A DNA stretch of 64,000 nt from a virus: IMG/VR virus record IMGVR_UViG_3300023174_000084, positions 32,001-96,000 of that record; one strand, 5' to 3'. Position numbers and translations under genes: made by a program. A model generated the notes under the pieces. The model ran no database searches. It worked only from the letters and a program-made list of their open reading frames with translations, and was not told the DNA's origin. Within the stretch, counting starts at the first letter, position 1. Each line of letters opens with the position of its first letter. Below are positions 38,726 to 48,514 of this stretch, piece by piece.

Positions 38726-41700
38726 ATAAGTCCACTACAGTTCTGAGTAACTTAACTGTTGAAACAGCATTTGTTCCAGTAAACAACAACCGAACTGTTC
38801 CACCAGAAATATCAGCATCAAAAGTTCCTAAAGAAGAATTGGTTATTACTTCACCATACTGTGCTAAGAATACTGTTGTACCATTATGCACTAAATTCAG
38901 TTCAATAATATGATATTCTATTCCAGAAGAAATCTGCACAAAATATTTTGCTGAACGATAAGTGGTTGTTGGCCATGCATCAACAGAAATTTGTGAAGTG
39001 GACGATGTGGTAAATGTATTACTTGTTGTGTCTACTTCAGCCAAACTAATTGTAGTTGCACCAAGCGTTGTTACACCAGTCAACGAACCACTCATAGTGT
39101 CGCCAGACTTTAATACAGTAGAGAACGCTCTTGTGTTAGCTGTATTAGCTTGTATATAAGCAGAAGATGCAAAGTCATTAACTGCTATAATATTGGTATT
39201 CTGTGTTAAATCCACACCTTGTATAATGCTGATGGCTGAATTTTGTGCCAAATCCACACCTTCAATAATGGATATTCTAGTATTTTGTCCAGCATCAACA
39301 CCTTGAATAATCGTAATTGCACCTGCATTGGTGTTCGCTTGTACAAAAGCACCAGCAGCATAGTTATTAACTGCTGTAATATTAGTATTTTGTGTTAAAT
39401 CCACACCTTGAATAATAGCTATCGCATCAGCATTAGTATTTGCTTTATTAAATGCACCAGCAGCATAGTTATTAACTGCTGTAATATTAGTATTTTGAGT
39501 AAGGTCTACACCTTGAATAATACTAATAGCTGAGTTCTGTGCTAAATCAACACCTTCAATAATAGACATTCTAGTATTTTGACTGGTATTAACACCTTGT
39601 GCATATGTTAATATATTTGTTTGACCGGAATATACTGCATCCGCATAAACATTACCAGCAACACCAACACCACCAATAACTTGTAATGATCCTGTTGAGT
39701 TTGATGAACTTGGATTATTAGATTTAATTACTAAATTGTTAGCAGAAGTAAATCTAGCAACTTCATTCTCAGTATTAATTCCATTTACTGCAAATATAAT
39801 ATCATTTTGAAGTTGTGTTCCAAGTATTAAATCGCCACCACCTGTATTAGCTTTTCCAGAAACAAACAAATAACCATCGTTTGGTCCTAAAAGGCTAAAA
39901 CCTGGATAATTATAGTTACTACCTGCAAGACCTAAATCTAGATAACCATCTATAATTGATCCGTTGTCTGCGGTTATAAAATAATCACCAGAAGAATTTG
40001 CACCAGAATTAATATTTTGTATTTGGAGTGCAGCATAACCATCATAATCAGCAGCTAAATTCATTACTGTTTGTGGTTCAATGAGATAACCTGTTGGAAT
40101 ACCAGCATACAAAGCATTGAAACCATTAGCCGCATAACCAAAGAATTGGCCAGTATTACCTGTAACTTGCACAGAAGTAACATTACCTACAAATGAAACG
40201 TTACCATTGACAGTTAAATCGTTTGTAACAGTAACGGAACCAGTAATTGTGCCACCAGAAGAACTAAACTTACTGTTGGCGGCACTATAAGCACCAGCAG
40301 CCAGACCATTAGCACCGTTAGCAGTATTAAATGCTGACTGAGCAAAATTATTAACGGCAGTAATATTATTATTCTGTGTTAAATCCACACCTTGTATAAT
40401 GCTGATGGCACCAGCATTGGTGTTTGCTTGTGCATATGCAGAAGCCGCATAGTTGTTTACCGCTGTAATATTAGTTGCATTTGTGTTTGCTTGGTTATAA
40501 GCACCAGCAGCCAGACCATTAGCACCATTGGCTGTGTTATAAGCTGATTGAGCAAAATTATTAACGGCAGTAATATTGGTATTTTGAGTAAGGTCTACAC
40601 CTTGAATAATACTGATAGCTGAATTTTGTGCTAAATCCACACCTTGAATACCAGCAATTTGAGTATTCTGTGTTAAATCTACACCTTGAATAATACTGAT
40701 AGCTGAATTTTGTGCTAAATCCACACCTTGAATACCAGCAATTTGAGTATTCTGTGTTAAATCTACACCTTGAATTATTGAAATGTTACTGGCATTTGTA
40801 TTTGCTTGTGCATAAGCACCAGCAGCCAGACCATTAGCACCGTTAGCAGTATTAAATGCTGACTGAGTAAATTGATTTACAGCATTAGAAGAATCAAAAG
40901 CTGCATTTGCTTTATTATAAGCATTTCCAGCAATTATTTCTACTTGAGTTGTGTATGAATATGCTGTATTAGCTTGATTATAAGCAGAAGCAGCAAATTG
41001 GTTTACTTCTGTAATTCTGGTGTTCTGACCTAAATCTACACTTTGAATAATGCTAATAGTAGTATTTTGGTCACTATTAATGGTCTCAATAGAATTTAGA
41101 CGTGTATTTTGTGTGGCATCCACACCTTGTATAATTGTTATAACACCTGCATTGGTGTTTGCTTGGTTATAAGCACCAGCAGCCAATCCATTGGCACCAT
41201 TGGCAGTATTGAAAGCACCAGCAGCTAAACCATTGGCACCATTAGCAGTATTATAAGCTGACTGAGCAAAATTGTTAACCTCTGTAATTGTGGTATTTTG
41301 GCCTAAATTTACAGCTTGAATAATAGCAATAGAACCAGCATTTGTATTTGCTAAAGCAAAAGCAGAATTTACCCTACCTGTATCAGCAATTCTAAAGAAA
41401 TTTGTGCCATCATTAGTGAATTCCCACGCATGGTCTGTTTCACTCCATTTCAATACTGTGTTCGTTTCACTTCCACGATTAACTTCAATACCAGCATCAA
41501 GTGTTGGAACACCAGTTACATTTGAATTCAATGTAATGATGTTATCTTTAACATGTAATTGTTCTGTATTTGCGTAGAATGTTGTTCCAGTAACACTTAA
41601 ATTACCAGTAACATTTACATCACCAGAGATTGTTCCACCAGAAGAATTAAATTTACTATTGGCTGTGTTGTAAGCACTAGCAGCAAATTGATTTACTTCT

Positions 41701-43796
41701 GTAATTCTGGTGTTCTGACCTAAATCTACACCTTGTATGACAGCGATAGCACCAGCATTGGTGTTTGCTTGGTTATAAGCACCGGCAGCCAGACCGTTAG
41801 CACCATTGGCAGTATTATAAGCACTAGCGGCAAATTGATTTACTAAATTACTAGAATTATAGGCAGATTGTGCTAAAGCTCTTGCCACATTATCTGTTGC
41901 AGATCCGACTGATAGTGTGTTTGCAAAAGCAAAAGCAGCTTGAGCTATGCCAGTTCCAGTATTTGCTTGGTTATAAGCACCGGCAGCCAGACCATTAGCA
42001 CCGTTAGCAGTATTAAATGCCGATTGTGCAAATTGATTTACGGCATTAGATGAAGCAAAAGCGGCATTAGCTCTATCATAGGCATTATTTGCTTTATTTG
42101 AAATATCGCCTGTTGATGGTACACTTGAACCAGAAATAACAAAATCTGAAGCACCAGTTATAACTAATTGACCATTATTGTTACTTAAAACTATGTTATC
42201 AATATCAACAGAACCTGGACCAACATATAAACTATGCCAACGTTTAGTTGAACTTCCTAAGTATTGTGTATTGGTTATTGAAGGTAAAGCATTACCATAA
42301 AATATTGTGGATAAATCGTCATTAAATTGTATAACAACATTTGATTCTTCTTGTCCGCCAGCAACAATTTTGGTGTGTTGACCTGTAGTATCAGACAAGG
42401 TACCAATAATTAAATTGCCACCAACTTGACCTGTGTTACCTTGTACCAATAAAAAACCATCTAATGGATATAAAACACCATCTGATGCTTGAGAGTTTTG
42501 TATACCTAAATCAATATAAAATGTGGTGTCTGTACCAACATCTGCCGTTACAACAAAGTCTGCTGATCCATTTGGATCAATATTTTCAGCATTTATTTGA
42601 ACATAAGTTGCAGCATTACCAGTGAACTGTGCAATTAAATCCGGCAGAGGTGTGGAGAGTTGTGGAGAAATACCAGCATATAATTTATTACTTATATATG
42701 CATTGGATGTATTAGACCATTCTGTTGTATTGATCGAACCATTAATGATTAGATTGCCATTTAATGTTTGATTTCCTGAATTTTGTAATGAAGTATTTGC
42801 TTTATTAAATGCACCAGAAGCCAGACCATTAGCACCATTGGCTGTATTGAAAGCACCAGCAGCCAGTCCGTTTGCGCCATTTGCGGTGTTAAATGCTGAT
42901 TGGGCAAATTGATTTACGGGAGTAATGTTTGTTGCAACGTAAGATTGAGAGGCTATAGTTTCATCATTTTGTAAATCATCTGTGTATTCCCAAGTTTTGT
43001 TAGCTTCATTCCAATAAATTAAAACATTATTTGCTGTACCACGGTCGACTTCGATACCAGCATCAAATACTGGAGCTCCAACAGTATTTGCGTTTAGAGT
43101 TATAAAACTATCATCAACATTAATATTGGTAACATTTGCATAAAATGTTTGACCGGTTACTGTTAAGTTGCCAGTAACGGATACATCTCCTGAAATTGTT
43201 CCTCCAGAAGAATTAAATTTACTATTGGCAGTATTAAATGCTGACTGAGTAAATTGATTTACAGCTGTAATTGTGTTGTTCTGGCCTAAATTTACACCTT
43301 GAATAATTGCAATGGCAGTATTCTGGTCTACATTAACGGTCTCAATAGAATTTAATCTAGTGTTCTGAGTATTATCAACACTCTCAATGATAGACATCCG
43401 AGTGTTCTGGTCTTGATTGACTGTTTCGATAGAACCTAAACGGACGTTCTGTGTTAAGTTTACACCTTGAATAATGGAAATTGAGCCAGCATTAGTATTT
43501 GCTTGGTTATAAGCACCAGCAGCTAGACCATTAGCACCATTGGCTGTATTATAAGATGACTGAGTAAATTGATTTACAGCTGTAATTGTGTTGTTTTGAC
43601 TAGTGTTTATACCTTGAATAATGGATAAATTGGCATCAAACTGTGTTTTGTTGATGATATAATTACCACCGACCGTAACATTATCATGAACGGTAAGAGT
43701 TTTCTGATCGGTATCAACGGTAACTTCTCCAACTGCTCCCGTAAATACAGCAGTTTGTGCTGTATTACCTCTTCTAAGTTGTAATTGTGTGGCCAT
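38724..43796 (-). CDS. long repeat-rich tail fibre, Mtd-like N-terminal domain
   Basis: QLQLRRG....FTGA.GEVTVDTD; many IIQGVDLTQN and ANGANGLAAGA repeats. Confidence 0.8.
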   Translation of the reverse strand: MATQLQLRRGNTAQTAVFTGAVGEVTVDTDQKTLTVHDNVTVGGNYIINKTQFDANLSIIQGINTSQNNTITAVNQFTQSSYNTANGANGLAAGAYNQANTNAGSISIIQGVNLTQNVRLGSIETVNQDQNTRMSIIESVDNTQNTRLNSIETVNVDQNTAIAIIQGVNLGQNNTITAVNQFTQSAFNTANSKFNSSGGTISGDVSVTGNLTVTGQTFYANVTNINVDDSFITLNANTVGAPVFDAGIEVDRGTANNVLIYWNEANKTWEYTDDLQNDETIASQSYVATNITPVNQFAQSAFNTANGANGLAAGAFNTANGANGLASGAFNKANTSLQNSGNQTLNGNLIINGSINTTEWSNTSNAYISNKLYAGISPQLSTPLPDLIAQFTGNAATYVQINAENIDPNGSADFVVTADVGTDTTFYIDLGIQNSQASDGVLYPLDGFLLVQGNTGQVGGNLIIGTLSDTTGQHTKIVAGGQEESNVVIQFNDDLSTIFYGNALPSITNTQYLGSSTKRWHSLYVGPGSVDIDNIVLSNNNGQLVITGASDFVISGSSVPSTGDISNKANNAYDRANAAFASSNAVNQFAQSAFNTANGANGLAAGAYNQANTGTGIAQAAFAFANTLSVGSATDNVARALAQSAYNSSNLVNQFAASAYNTANGANGLAAGAYNQANTNAGAIAVIQGVDLGQNTRITEVNQFAASAYNTANSKFNSSGGTISGDVNVTGNLSVTGTTFYANTEQLHVKDNIITLNSNVTGVPTLDAGIEVNRGSETNTVLKWSETDHAWEFTNDGTNFFRIADTGRVNSAFALANTNAGSIAIIQAVNLGQNTTITEVNNFAQSAYNTANGANGLAAGAFNTANGANGLAAGAYNQANTNAGVITIIQGVDATQNTRLNSIETINSDQNTTISIIQSVDLGQNTRITEVNQFAASAYNQANTAYSYTTQVEIIAGNAYNKANAAFDSSNAVNQFTQSAFNTANGANGLAAGAYAQANTNASNISIIQGVDLTQNTQIAGIQGVDLAQNSAISIIQGVDLTQNTQIAGIQGVDLAQNSAISIIQGVDLTQNTNITAVNNFAQSAYNTANGANGLAAGAYNQANTNATNITAVNNYAASAYAQANTNAGAISIIQGVDLTQNNNITAVNNFAQSAFNTANGANGLAAGAYSAANSKFSSSGGTITGSVTVTNDLTVNGNVSFVGNVTSVQVTGNTGQFFGYAANGFNALYAGIPTGYLIEPQTVMNLAADYDGYAALQIQNINSGANSSGDYFITADNGSIIDGYLDLGLAGSNYNYPGFSLLGPNDGYLFVSGKANTGGGDLILGTQLQNDIIFAVNGINTENEVARFTSANNLVIKSNNPSSSNSTGSLQVIGGVGVAGNVYADAVYSGQTNILTYAQGVNTSQNTRMSIIEGVDLAQNSAISIIQGVDLTQNTNITAVNNYAAGAFNKANTNADAIAIIQGVDLTQNTNITAVNNYAAGAFVQANTNAGAITIIQGVDAGQNTRISIIEGVDLAQNSAISIIQGVDLTQNTNIIAVNDFASSAYIQANTANTRAFSTVLKSGDTMSGSLTGVTTLGATTISLAEVDTTSNTFTTSSTSQISVDAWPTTTYRSAKYFVQISSGIEYHIIELNLVHNGTTVFLAQYGEVITNSSLGTFDADISGGTVRLLFTGTNAVSTVKLLRTVVDL
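40594..40775. repeat. perfect 84-bp tandem duplication within the fibre gene
   Basis: IIQGVDLTQNTQIAGIQGVDLAQNSAIS unit repeated identically at DNA level. Confidence 0.85.
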
Positions 43797-43825
43797 GTTT
43801 TATCCTAAAATTCTAATTTATATAC

Positions 43826-43833
43826 TATTTATT
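43826..43833 (-). promoter_or_regulatory. late promoter AATAAATA
   Basis: Overlaps the upstream stop codon. Confidence 0.65.
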
Positions 43834-44902
43834 ACGCCAAGGATCCATAATCGAAAGAATCTGTAACTGGTTGATCATCAAAACCAGCATCAAAAATAAT
43901 TGTAACTGGTTGGCCAATATAACCCAAATCAGCAGAAGGAACATCAGGAATGTTTGATGACTGAGCGATTGCATTTCTAATAAATGTTACAGTTGTACCA
44001 TCTACGGAAGGCGTAAACAACAACCTTACATTATTTCCAACAATGTCTGATGAAAAACTTCCTAAAGAATTTAAAGAATATACTTCACCAAAAACTGAAG
44101 TAAAAGTGTTACTTCCACTTTGCAATATATTTAAATTTAATATGTGATACGATAAGCCAGATTCAATTTGTAATTGGTAGAAAGCACTTCTGTAAACTAA
44201 TTTGGAAAAAGAATCAATTGTAACCTGACTTGTTCCTGTAGCATTATAACTTTTTGATGATATATTTGAATTTGCCGTTACATCTAAAGATTTAACATTT
44301 AATACACCTGTACTCGGATTAAATGTTAAATTATTATTTGAGGTGAATAAAGTATTTGTGTTACCAGAAGTATTATTGGCAAAGTTAATATAGTAAACAT
44401 TATTTGAACTATTATCATTTACAATCTCTAAAGATCCACCAGATCCACTAGGTCCAGTTGGTCCAGTTGGTCCTGTGGCACCTTCAGATCCACTAGGTCC
44501 AGTTGGTCCTGTGGCACCTTGAGATCCACTAGGTCCAGTAGGTCCAGTAGGTCCAGTTGGTCCAGTTGGTCCAGTTGGTCCTGTGGCACCTGTTGTACTC
44601 GATGCAGTTGCATTAATTGTGATTGTTTTTGTTACGGTGCAGGCTGAAATGGTAATATTATTACCGGCTGCAATAGATAGAGTATCTGTTGGTGATGTTG
44701 CAAGAATTAACGAACTATTTGCGTTGATAGTTGCAAATGAGTCGGTTGTTGAACCACTTTGAATAAAAGTGATTGTATTATTAGAATTGCGATAATACAG
44801 TTTTCCATCAGCGTAGTTTAACGCCAACTCACCATATTCTAGTGAAGAAGGTACATTACCTGTTACGCCTGATTTTTTTACCTGTAATATTGTATTTGCC
44901 AT
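43832..44902 (-). CDS. fibre-associated protein with short collagen segment
   Basis: MANT.LQVKKS...GELALNY N-domain; GPT/GAT/GPS triplets; YRSA domain shared with the 1690-aa fibre. Confidence 0.75.
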   Translation of the reverse strand: MANTILQVKKSGVTGNVPSSLEYGELALNYADGKLYYRNSNNTITFIQSGSTTDSFATINANSSLILATSPTDTLSIAAGNNITISACTVTKTITINATASSTTGATGPTGPTGPTGPTGPTGPSGSQGATGPTGPSGSEGATGPTGPTGPSGSGGSLEIVNDNSSNNVYYINFANNTSGNTNTLFTSNNNLTFNPSTGVLNVKSLDVTANSNISSKSYNATGTSQVTIDSFSKLVYRSAFYQLQIESGLSYHILNLNILQSGSNTFTSVFGEVYSLNSLGSFSSDIVGNNVRLLFTPSVDGTTVTFIRNAIAQSSNIPDVPSADLGYIGQPVTIIFDAGFDDQPVTDSFDYGSLA

Positions 44903-44908
44903 CTACTT

Positions 44909-45484
44909 TTAAAAACTTCCGCCATCTTTCGTTATATCGTCTATTAAAGGTAAAACTGACGACTGATTTGTTATTTCTAAATCTTTATCTTTTTCTTCGT
45001 CTAATTTTTTACGCTTGGCAGGAGTTAATTGCAAATACTCAATTTGATCATTCAGTTTTTTAATTTTTAATTCATATTCATCATGAGTTTTTTTATGATT
45101 CTCACGTTCTTTATTTAATTCATTTCTAAAAGTGTCAAGATGATTTACTTGATGTTTAACATTTTCATATTCATTTTTTAAATTATTTAAGTCATTTAAC
45201 TGTTTTTCTAATTCACCAATTCTTTCTAAATGACCTCTAATAACATTTTCTAAGTTTAAAATTTTAGAATCAGACTCTTGATTTTTATTACTTTTAATCA
45301 ATTCCAATTCATTTTTTAAATTTTCAATAATTTTTTCAAATTCATTATTTTTTTTAACCTGTTCATTAATAACATCTTCAGTAACTCGTGCATTAGCTTG
45401 TAGAGATATATTCCTAATGACTGCATCTGTCATTGTACCGGTCAATACCTCTACATAATAATTCAAATATTTTTCATTTCCCAT
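44909..45484 (-). CDS. coiled-coil protein ending in DGGSF
   Basis: K/E/N/L heptads; AGGAG SD. Confidence 0.7.
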   Translation of the reverse strand: MGNEKYLNYYVEVLTGTMTDAVIRNISLQANARVTEDVINEQVKKNNEFEKIIENLKNELELIKSNKNQESDSKILNLENVIRGHLERIGELEKQLNDLNNLKNEYENVKHQVNHLDTFRNELNKERENHKKTHDEYELKIKKLNDQIEYLQLTPAKRKKLDEEKDKDLEITNQSSVLPLIDDITKDGGSF

Positions 45485-45522
45485 TTCAAACTCCTATTAT
45501 AAAAAAATTATATAGTCATGAA

Positions 45523-47643
45523 TTAAAACTGACCTCCATCTAATGCTGTTGTCCAAACTGGAACACCAGCATTAGTAACGGTTAATATCTGATTAGACCA
45601 AGTTTGATCCGCAATACCGGCCGCAGCTGTTACTCCTAAATTACCTGTTCCATTACCGTATGTAATACCGTTTTGTGTAATCGTGGATAGACCTGTACCA
45701 CCTTGTCCAACAGTTAATCCTGAAATTGCACCAACTGTAGCAGCAGTGAATCTTCCAAATCCATCAACAGTAATCGATGTAATTGTATTATTGGAAGTTA
45801 AAGTGCCTGTTTGAGTGTATGTGGTATTTGCTAATGAAGCAATTTTTGTGCCATCAAAATATGTAATTTGATTATTAGTAAATGATGTACCGTTAGTACC
45901 ACCACGATTTATTGGTAACGTACCTGAAGTAATTGCAGAAGCATCAATTGCAATAGATGTATTTGATACAGCAACAACACGGCCATATACATCAGTTGAA
46001 AATGCAGCAACAGAAGAGGCTGAACCAAAGGTTTGACCAACAGCAACACTAGAGTTAGCGATTTGTGTTAAACCATTTACACCAGAACCAATAACAATTT
46101 GGCCAGAAGTGAATGATGTTTTACCTGTACCACCATTTGGTACTGTGAGAGCATTGGTGAGTGTTAATGTGTTTGCAGTAATTGTATCAACTTGTAGGTC
46201 GTCAATTACAATATCACCAGTGACAACCAAATTACCAGTAACAGTTAAATTATCATCAATTGTTACTATGCCTGTTGAAGATGTAATCGTACCAGGTAGG
46301 TTTAATACACCATCGTCTCCAAATGTCCAAAAATGAGCATTGTTTGCACGAATGTATACTTCTTTTGTAGCATCACTTACTTGAACATTAGTTTGTTCAC
46401 CACCCAAATATAATTCAGCACTAGAGGCATCAATTGTACCACCAGCACGAACATGAATATGATTTGGTGCTGTTGGATCAAGAATGATGTATTGGTCATT
46501 GACACCTGGACCATAATTGACACTTGGTGCTAATAAGAGTGTGTTGTTGGTTGTGTCACCAAAAATACGGTTTGCAACATATATTGTATTGGCTTGAACC
46601 GTGTTACCAATTGTGTTGCCTTTAAAATATGCTGCATGAACATTGGCTTCACGATATGATGGGTCACTTAGGTTGATGTTATTGTTTGCATCAAGTTCAC
46701 CAGTATAACCTTGGAAGAAATGATATTCTTTTGTGCCGGCATCACGAATCAAACCTGTGTGAGCATTTGAACCATCATTGTAGTGTGAGGCAAAACCAAT
46801 ATCAAATGTGTCGGAGAAATAGTTTCCTGTACCTAAAAGAAGTAATGGATCTTCAATTTCAAATTGGTCAATGGCAAATGTTGTAGTATTACCAAATACA
46901 AATAAGTTACCTGTTACAGTTAAATCATTGTTTGCACCAATCGTCAATCCTGTATTAATTGTCTGTGTACCACCAGTAAATGCGTTAGCACGAACAACAG
47001 TATTATCAACATCAAAAGTTACTGTGTCGGTTGCACTTGCAACAGAAGTAATACCGGCACCACCAACGAGTGTTAGTGTGTCACCACCAGAAACGGTTTG
47101 TGATGCACCAGAATCGGCTGCAACAGTAAATGATGTAGAAATTGCTGCAGTTGTAACATTCATTACACGGCCGTTAGCGGCCACTTGAATGACTGGAATT
47201 GCCGTTGTGGATCCATAGGTACCAGCACCAAGACTAGGAACCGCATCGAGAGAAGCGTTAAGTATCACATCACCGGTACCATTAAAGGAAACAGCCGATG
47301 CGGTGATATCACCACCATCAATTGAGAAATTTCTAGAGTTCTCTAATTGAAGAGCAGCATTTGCGGTACCTTGAATAGTACCAATAATGTTTGCAGTAAT
47401 AAAGTTAAAGGATGCATTACCAGTTGCATCTCGTTTAACAATTGTTGAAGGAGTTGCTTGGCTCGTAGCATTATCAATTTGAGATGTATAATATTGACCA
47501 CCAACATTGACAACACCATTGCCAGTAGGAGAACCAATAAAAATAGTATTTGAAGCGTAAGAATATGCTAATTCACCAGCAAGTAATGATCCTGGTCTTC
47601 CAACTGAATTGGAACGTTTGATTAAAATGTTGGTATTTGCCAT
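45523..47643 (-). CDS. tail fibre/structural protein ending in DGGQF
   Basis: MANT.ILIKRS...GELAYS N-domain; GTYGS....P.I.V...GR and L.V..GGTG repeats. Confidence 0.75.
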   Translation of the reverse strand: MANTNILIKRSNSVGRPGSLLAGELAYSYASNTIFIGSPTGNGVVNVGGQYYTSQIDNATSQATPSTIVKRDATGNASFNFITANIIGTIQGTANAALQLENSRNFSIDGGDITASAVSFNGTGDVILNASLDAVPSLGAGTYGSTTAIPVIQVAANGRVMNVTTAAISTSFTVAADSGASQTVSGGDTLTLVGGAGITSVASATDTVTFDVDNTVVRANAFTGGTQTINTGLTIGANNDLTVTGNLFVFGNTTTFAIDQFEIEDPLLLLGTGNYFSDTFDIGFASHYNDGSNAHTGLIRDAGTKEYHFFQGYTGELDANNNINLSDPSYREANVHAAYFKGNTIGNTVQANTIYVANRIFGDTTNNTLLLAPSVNYGPGVNDQYIILDPTAPNHIHVRAGGTIDASSAELYLGGEQTNVQVSDATKEVYIRANNAHFWTFGDDGVLNLPGTITSSTGIVTIDDNLTVTGNLVVTGDIVIDDLQVDTITANTLTLTNALTVPNGGTGKTSFTSGQIVIGSGVNGLTQIANSSVAVGQTFGSASSVAAFSTDVYGRVVAVSNTSIAIDASAITSGTLPINRGGTNGTSFTNNQITYFDGTKIASLANTTYTQTGTLTSNNTITSITVDGFGRFTAATVGAISGLTVGQGGTGLSTITQNGITYGNGTGNLGVTAAAGIADQTWSNQILTVTNAGVPVWTTALDGGQF

Positions 47644-47688
47644 TTATTTTCTCTCTTTTATTATGTTTAATGTTTTACTACTTTGATC

Positions 47689-47696
47689 TATTTATT
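47689..47696 (-). promoter_or_regulatory. late promoter AATAAATA
   Basis: Overlaps the upstream stop codon. Confidence 0.65.
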
Positions 47697-47892
47697 AAAA
47701 TCTACCGCCGTCAATCAGATTAGGACTAACATTGGCAATAAAATTTGGTCCACCTATTTGTACAATCTGATTATTTGCTGTACCAATAAAAAGTGTATTG
47801 GAAACAAACGAGTACGCTAATTCACCATCATCTAACGATGTTGGTCTTGTGTTTGCATAAGAACGAAGTATTTGAATGACTGTATTTGCCAT
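47695..47892 (-). CDS. 65-aa protein: stand-alone fibre N-domain plus DGGRF tail
   Basis: MANTVIQILRS...GELAYSFVSNTLFIG...IDGGRF. Confidence 0.75.
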   Translation of the reverse strand: MANTVIQILRSYANTRPTSLDDGELAYSFVSNTLFIGTANNQIVQIGGPNFIANVSPNLIDGGRF

Positions 47893-48116
47893 TAAAAGAA
47901 TCCTGCATCTAGGTCTGGATTCAATTCTCCAATCGATTGAACCTTAAAACTATTAGTATTTGCTTGATAAGTTATAACATCACCATCTTGCACACCAGTT
48001 AAGGATAAGTCAGTAGAACCTTTGAGTGACCTTATACCATAATTTAACTGGCGAACAGTTTTATCTTGCTGTTTATTTACTTGAACATTGACTGTTCCAA
48101 TTACTTGTCCTGGCAT
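47892..48116 (-). CDS. small structural protein ending in DAGFF
   Basis: TAATG coupling; L.G..D.......DGD...Y......F pattern. Confidence 0.7.
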   Translation of the reverse strand: MPGQVIGTVNVQVNKQQDKTVRQLNYGIRSLKGSTDLSLTGVQDGDVITYQANTNSFKVQSIGELNPDLDAGFF

Positions 48117-48125
48117 ACTGGTTCC

Positions 48126-48467
48126 TTAAAACTTGGTGACTTGAGGAATAACATTTACAATTCCTTCTAATACTCTAGTCACGGTGTTTGCAGTATCTTT
48201 AATTGCCACATCATATACATAACGACCAGCTGCAATATTAGCTGTTGTGTTGGGATTCAACAATAATAAAATGGTACCATCTGTTGGATTATTGATTGTT
48301 ACCACAAATTCAGCGGTTGTATTGGCTGAGTAATATGATTTACGAATTTGACTTTTAGCGATAACACCAGTTAGGTCAAAAGGCACTCCATTAATATCAT
48401 CAAGGGTGATATTAGTGGTAAATGTTGTTCCTTGTTCTAAAAATAACTCTTGATATGCTGCGGCCAT
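48126..48467 (-). CDS. small beta-sandwich fibre/baseplate adaptor-like protein
   Basis: QGTTF, PFDLTG, QIRKSY, GRYVYDV, RVLEG...V.P.VT. Confidence 0.7.
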   Translation of the reverse strand: MAAAYQELFLEQGTTFTTNITLDDINGVPFDLTGVIAKSQIRKSYYSANTTAEFVVTINNPTDGTILLLLNPNTTANIAAGRYVYDVAIKDTANTVTRVLEGIVNVIPQVTKF

Positions 48468-48496
48468 CTTATATCCTGTGTATAATTTCTCTTAGG

Positions 48497-48504
48497 TATT
48501 TAGT
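48497..48504 (-). promoter_or_regulatory. late promoter ACTAAATA
   Basis: Intergenic, upstream of the small structural genes. Confidence 0.55.
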
Positions 48505-48514
48505 TACCAAAGGT

